Below, in pieces: positions 16,716-20,000 of a DNA stretch of 20,000 nt (within the stretch, counting starts at the first letter, position 1; each line of letters begins with the position of its first letter). Origin of the DNA: an uncultured virus (IMG/VR IMGVR_UViG_3300020159_003425) (taxonomy: Duplodnaviria > Heunggongvirae > Uroviricota > Caudoviricetes); IMG/VR virus record IMGVR_UViG_3300020159_003425; one strand, 5' to 3'. Under the pieces are notes generated by a model that was not told where the DNA came from, made no database searches, and saw only the letters and a list, made by a program, of their open reading frames with translations. The translations under genes and the position numbers were made by a program.

Positions 16716-17403
16716 TATACTGGCTCCCAGTTCATATCAAATAAAAGTTGATGTAAAAGCTTATGCGGAAGACCGAATCGACTATGAGAAAGCCATAAAA
16801 TATAGATGCCCAAATTTTTTACACAAGAATGGAAAAATATATGCATCAAAGCTTGGTGAACCCTATGTAGCCGTGACTGTTAGCCCATATCATATAAATT
16901 TTCAGTCTCAGATAGAAGAACCTGTTTGGCCAGTTGTAAAAGGATTAGTTGACAAAGGTTATTTGCCAGTAAGTAGTTGTGGTGGACATACGGATCCTTG
17001 GTGGGAATATTATTTTATGATTGCGGTTGGTACAGAAGAACAGGTTGAAGAAATTACAAATGCATTCAACAATGTTCCGAACACGCACATAGATGTTTAT
17101 CACAGTGTGGCTAACGTACATCAATACTACGAACACGGCAAATTTAAGTATCGACCTCTAGAGGAGTTGGAAGGAACAAACAAAGGTGAATGTCGTGATT
17201 TAAATATTTTATTGAATAGAAACTATTCAAACTATTTTTTCATTAGAGTTAGATTCAAACACGAAACATTTGCACTCATTTTTAATCCTTTCAATATTTT
17301 TGCACCACACTTCTTTCATAAACGAGAAATTGAAGAGTTTGATTTGTGGAAAAAGAATCTTTTGAATTATGTAGAGAATAAAATTGAATACTTTTATGGA
17401 TAA
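16699..17403 (+). CDS. Hypothetical protein (234 aa) with an SSCGGH motif
   Basis: 17-nt overlap with rSAM-6. Contains IEEPVWPVVKGLVDKGYLPVSSCGGH. Confidence 0.75.
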   Translation: MSKNINILAPSSYQIKVDVKAYAEDRIDYEKAIKYRCPNFLHKNGKIYASKLGEPYVAVTVSPYHINFQSQIEEPVWPVVKGLVDKGYLPVSSCGGHTDPWWEYYFMIAVGTEEQVEEITNAFNNVPNTHIDVYHSVANVHQYYEHGKFKYRPLEELEGTNKGECRDLNILLNRNYSNYFFIRVRFKHETFALIFNPFNIFAPHFFHKREIEEFDLWKKNLLNYVENKIEYFYG

Positions 17404-18316
17404 ACCAATTACTGTTTCAGTTAATCCAAGTTACTTCTGCAACTTCAGGTGTGACTTTTGTTATCTGACAGAAGAACAGTTGTCGGACCAAAAGAAAATA
17501 GAACTGGAAAAACTGGATGATTTACTCTCACAGATACCAAACATAGAACACATTGATCTATATGGTGGTGAAATTGGTGCGTTAAAGAAAGACTATTTCT
17601 ATGGGCTTAAAGACACCATTCGAAAACACTATGATGGTAAAATTAACATCATCACAAACTATTCGATGTTGCATGAAGGATTCTACGAGGATGATTTCTA
17701 CCTAAGTGTCAGTTACGATTGGGATGCAAGGGAAAAGTCGGATCGTGTCTATCAAAATATGTTGATGAGCCCGGTACCAATAGCGGTACTGGTTCTTGCC
17801 AGCCCTAAAGTCATAGAGATGAATGTGGACGAATTGATTATGAGCTTGAATCTTTGCAACAGTGTGAAGAGTGTGGAGATAAAACCATACAGTGACAATC
17901 AAGCCAATCAACACAGAGTCACACACAAAGAATATGAAGAGTTTGTAAAACGTTGGATAGAAAGCCCAATACAAAAGAATTTCGAGTTCATTAATGAGTA
18001 TTATTTGGAAGATGTATTAGATGATAACAGAAACGCATTCAGTGATGATCACATCTACATCACACCCAATGGTAAGTTTGCCGTTCTGGAGTTTGATCTA
18101 AATGACAACGAATACTTCTTGGAGTTGGATAGTTGGGACGATTACATTGCCTGGACCAAAAAAGAAAAGAAGAGTAACGTAAGTGACATTTGTAGGAGTT
18201 GTGAATTTTATGGTAAGTGCCTGACAGAACACTATCGTTATGTCAAGGATCTAAATAACAGTTGTAATGGTTATAAATTTTTAATAGAGTGGTATCGTGA
18301 ACGAGTGGAAAATTAG
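17396..18316 (+). CDS. Radical SAM protein (rSAM-7) with reduced C-terminal Cys cluster
   Basis: Likely start is ATG 17396. VNPSYFCNFRCDFC and YGGEIG. C-terminal CRSCEFYGKCLTEH...SC. Confidence 0.9.
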   Translation: MDKPITVSVNPSYFCNFRCDFCYLTEEQLSDQKKIELEKLDDLLSQIPNIEHIDLYGGEIGALKKDYFYGLKDTIRKHYDGKINIITNYSMLHEGFYEDDFYLSVSYDWDAREKSDRVYQNMLMSPVPIAVLVLASPKVIEMNVDELIMSLNLCNSVKSVEIKPYSDNQANQHRVTHKEYEEFVKRWIESPIQKNFEFINEYYLEDVLDDNRNAFSDDHIYITPNGKFAVLEFDLNDNEYFLELDSWDDYIAWTKKEKKSNVSDICRSCEFYGKCLTEHYRYVKDLNNSCNGYKFLIEWYRERVEN

Positions 18317-18695
18317 ACAAGAAATATATCACAGACTGAACACAGATTTTGATGATGATTTGAACACCAAAGAAGTTGAGTTTTCAGATGAGATAGTGCA
18401 TAATGCAGTTCGTTATTTCACCGAACGTGATATTGGATGGATATATCCAGCCAAGAGTTACATGGTTGGCATTTGTTATGCACGCTGGTTGTCTGAATAC
18501 TTTGGTGGTAATCCAATAGAATACCTGGACGAACAAGACTTACTCCACGGAAACGATCCTTACTTCAAAAAATACAGTGAGGCCAAAGAAATCTATGATG
18601 AAATAATGATCAAGATCAATGACTGGAATTTTGATGAATCTGCCGGTATGGTACCAGATGTAAAAGGTTATTTTATGGAAGAATTTATGTTATGA
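18297..18695 (+). CDS. Hypothetical acidic protein (132 aa)
   Basis: GTG start overlaps rSAM-7 by 20 nt and the stop overlaps the next ATG (ATGA). Contains YPAKSY and GNDPYF motifs of unknown meaning. Confidence 0.7.
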   Translation: MNEWKIRQEIYHRLNTDFDDDLNTKEVEFSDEIVHNAVRYFTERDIGWIYPAKSYMVGICYARWLSEYFGGNPIEYLDEQDLLHGNDPYFKKYSEAKEIYDEIMIKINDWNFDESAGMVPDVKGYFMEEFML

Positions 18696-19264
18696 TTCAA
18701 AATCTTTGGCCGACACCTTTCTTGAAAACACAAATTTCGGAAGAAATAAAAACCGATTTAGTAAATTATTTGTTAACAAAGTATGATTTCTTCAATGCAT
18801 CCGGTGAACTGAGTAATGTAAATGTCTTAGATGATGATTCGGATGTGATTGAAAATTTTAATCAAAAAGTTGCACTTCCATTGTTTGATAATTTTTTAAA
18901 AGATTCTCTCGGTAAAGATATCTCATGTTGGAAAGATTTTAAATTAAAGGGCTGGTTGACTGGGACAGGAAAAAACTATTCATCAATACCACATAATCAT
19001 AAAGGTGCCAGTCTTTCGGCCGTATTTTATATTTTTTGTGAAGAAATAGATAGGGGTGGTGAGATATATTTCACCGATCCAAGACAAAATTCAAACAGGG
19101 GTTATGACAATCAATTTTCTTCTTGGTTTGAGTCACTATCTTTCACACCAAAAAGTGGTGATGTTGTAATTTTTCCAAGTTTTTTGTATCATTATGTTGC
19201 AACCTATAGAGGAAATATCAGAATAGCTATGCCTGTTGACCTTTTCCTCTATACAAATGAGTGA
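18692..19264 (+). CDS. 2OG-Fe(II) oxygenase (TIGR02466 / 2OG-FeII_Oxy_5-like)
   Basis: LWPTP N-terminus, PHNHKGASLSAVFY (HxH), GEIYFTDPR, and PKSGDVVIFPSFLYHYV...RI (distal His, 2OG-binding Arg). Confidence 0.85.
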   Translation: MIQNLWPTPFLKTQISEEIKTDLVNYLLTKYDFFNASGELSNVNVLDDDSDVIENFNQKVALPLFDNFLKDSLGKDISCWKDFKLKGWLTGTGKNYSSIPHNHKGASLSAVFYIFCEEIDRGGEIYFTDPRQNSNRGYDNQFSSWFESLSFTPKSGDVVIFPSFLYHYVATYRGNIRIAMPVDLFLYTNE

Positions 19265-19282
19265 CGATAAGACCAAAATGTC

Positions 19283-19317
19283 CTAAATATTTTAGTGTTT
19301 TCCACACATGATAAATA
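19283..19317 (+). promoter_or_regulatory. Probable T4-type late promoter(s) restarting the structural operon
   Basis: CTAAATA at 19283-19289 and ATAAATA at 19311-19317 lie in the 84-nt intergenic gap before a structural gene, followed by an AAGGT SD-like sequence. Confidence 0.45.
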
Positions 19318-19348
19318 CCGATATAATAATAAAAGGTAGAAATAACTC

Positions 19349-19690
19349 ATGGCAGCAGGATATCAAGAATTATTCATTGAACAAGGCGCAGATTTCTCAA
19401 CCTCCATCACATTGGATGATGTAGACAATGAACCTTTCGATTTAACTGGTTACCAAGCAAAAAGCCAGATAAAGAAGTCATACTATTCAACGAATGCATC
19501 AGCTCAATTTACCATCACCATTCCTACACCAGTGAATGGTGTCTTAAGCATGGCTATAAGTGCAGCAAATACAGCAAACATATCTGCGGGAAGATATGTT
19601 TATGACGTTTTAATTAAGAACTCAAGCAATAATACCACCAGAGTTTTGGAAGGTATCGTCAATATTGTGCCACAAGTTACTAAATTTTAA
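19349..19690 (+). CDS. Small virion structural protein (113 aa, Ig-like/baseplate-associated type common in T4-like phages)
   Basis: LFIEQGADFS..ITL...DLTGY.AKSQIKKSY...GRYVYDV...RVLEGIVNIVPQVT. Confidence 0.75.
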   Translation: MAAGYQELFIEQGADFSTSITLDDVDNEPFDLTGYQAKSQIKKSYYSTNASAQFTITIPTPVNGVLSMAISAANTANISAGRYVYDVLIKNSSNNTTRVLEGIVNIVPQVTKF

Positions 19691-19699
19691 AGGATAGAG

Positions 19700-20000
19700 A
19701 TGCCTACGGTAACTGTCACACAACCAAATGTAATAAGAGTCAAAATTGATAGTCAACAGACTAAGGTTAGTACTATCAGTTATGCAGCAAAATCATTAAA
19801 GAATGATTCAGATGTGGACATGACTGGTGCACTCACCGGTGATGTACTTGTATACAATGCAAACACACAAATTTTTAGTGCTAGAAGAATTGGTTCTGCA
19901 ACACCAGTTACGGGAGCATTGGTACCAACATCTACAAGAGCTTTCGACATTGGTACTACAACCAGAAGATTTAGAAGTATATATTTGAGTGGAAATACCA
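19700..20000 (+). CDS. 3'-truncated virion/tail fibre-like protein (not in the ORF track)
   Basis: AAGGA SD then ATG 19700. Translates MPTVTVTQPNVIRVKIDSQQTKVSTISYAAKSLKNDSDVDMTGALTGDVLVYNANTQIF...GALVPTSTRAFDIGTTTRRFRSIYLSGNT, open to the window end. SDVD...GDVLVYN and FDIG...RFRSIYLS are fibre-type motifs. Confidence 0.75.
   Translation, partial: MPTVTVTQPNVIRVKIDSQQTKVSTISYAAKSLKNDSDVDMTGALTGDVLVYNANTQIFSARRIGSATPVTGALVPTSTRAFDIGTTTRRFRSIYLSGNT

Noticed and set aside
125..17974. Other short minus-strand and alternate-frame ORFs in the track (e.g. 125-385, 5304-5588, 7075-7554, 14566-14823)
   Set aside because: All overlap well-supported + strand genes and have no recognisable motifs.
6782..18316. 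rSAMs as QueE (7-deazaguanine DNA modification), NrdG or MoaA-type enzymes
   Set aside because: All carry C-terminal SPASM-like Cys clusters, and no queC/queD/folE/dpdA, nrdD or moa genes are nearby.
1..20000. Alternative genetic code (stop-codon reassignment seen in some large phages)
   Set aside because: Genes are full length and tightly packed under the standard code, and TAA, TGA and TAG all appear as apparent stops.

Overview
This is an AT-rich, gene-dense segment of a large T4-like (myovirus-type) phage genome, with all credible genes on the + strand. The left end (1-6214) and right end (19349-20000) are virion structural genes: a DUF4815/VrlC-like protein that appears split in two by CFI-box-CTERM-like modules, a small coiled-coil protein, a 1005-aa repeat-rich tail fibre with a C-terminal self-cleaving chaperone domain, and two baseplate/fibre-type proteins. 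Between them lies a ~13 kb, 16-gene, tightly coupled enzyme island (6293-19264). It encodes seven radical SAM enzymes with C-terminal SPASM-like Cys clusters, one JmjC/cupin oxygenase, one 2OG-Fe(II) oxygenase and six proteins of unknown function. It also encodes a 179-aa protein with virion-like composition that ends in a RiPP-core-like tail, CHSS-CHSS-CHSS-RGRR. The best interpretation, which is inference, is a phage-encoded RiPP-like post-translational modification system, possibly acting on a virion/tail-associated protein. All family assignments come from motif recognition by eye; no database search was run.
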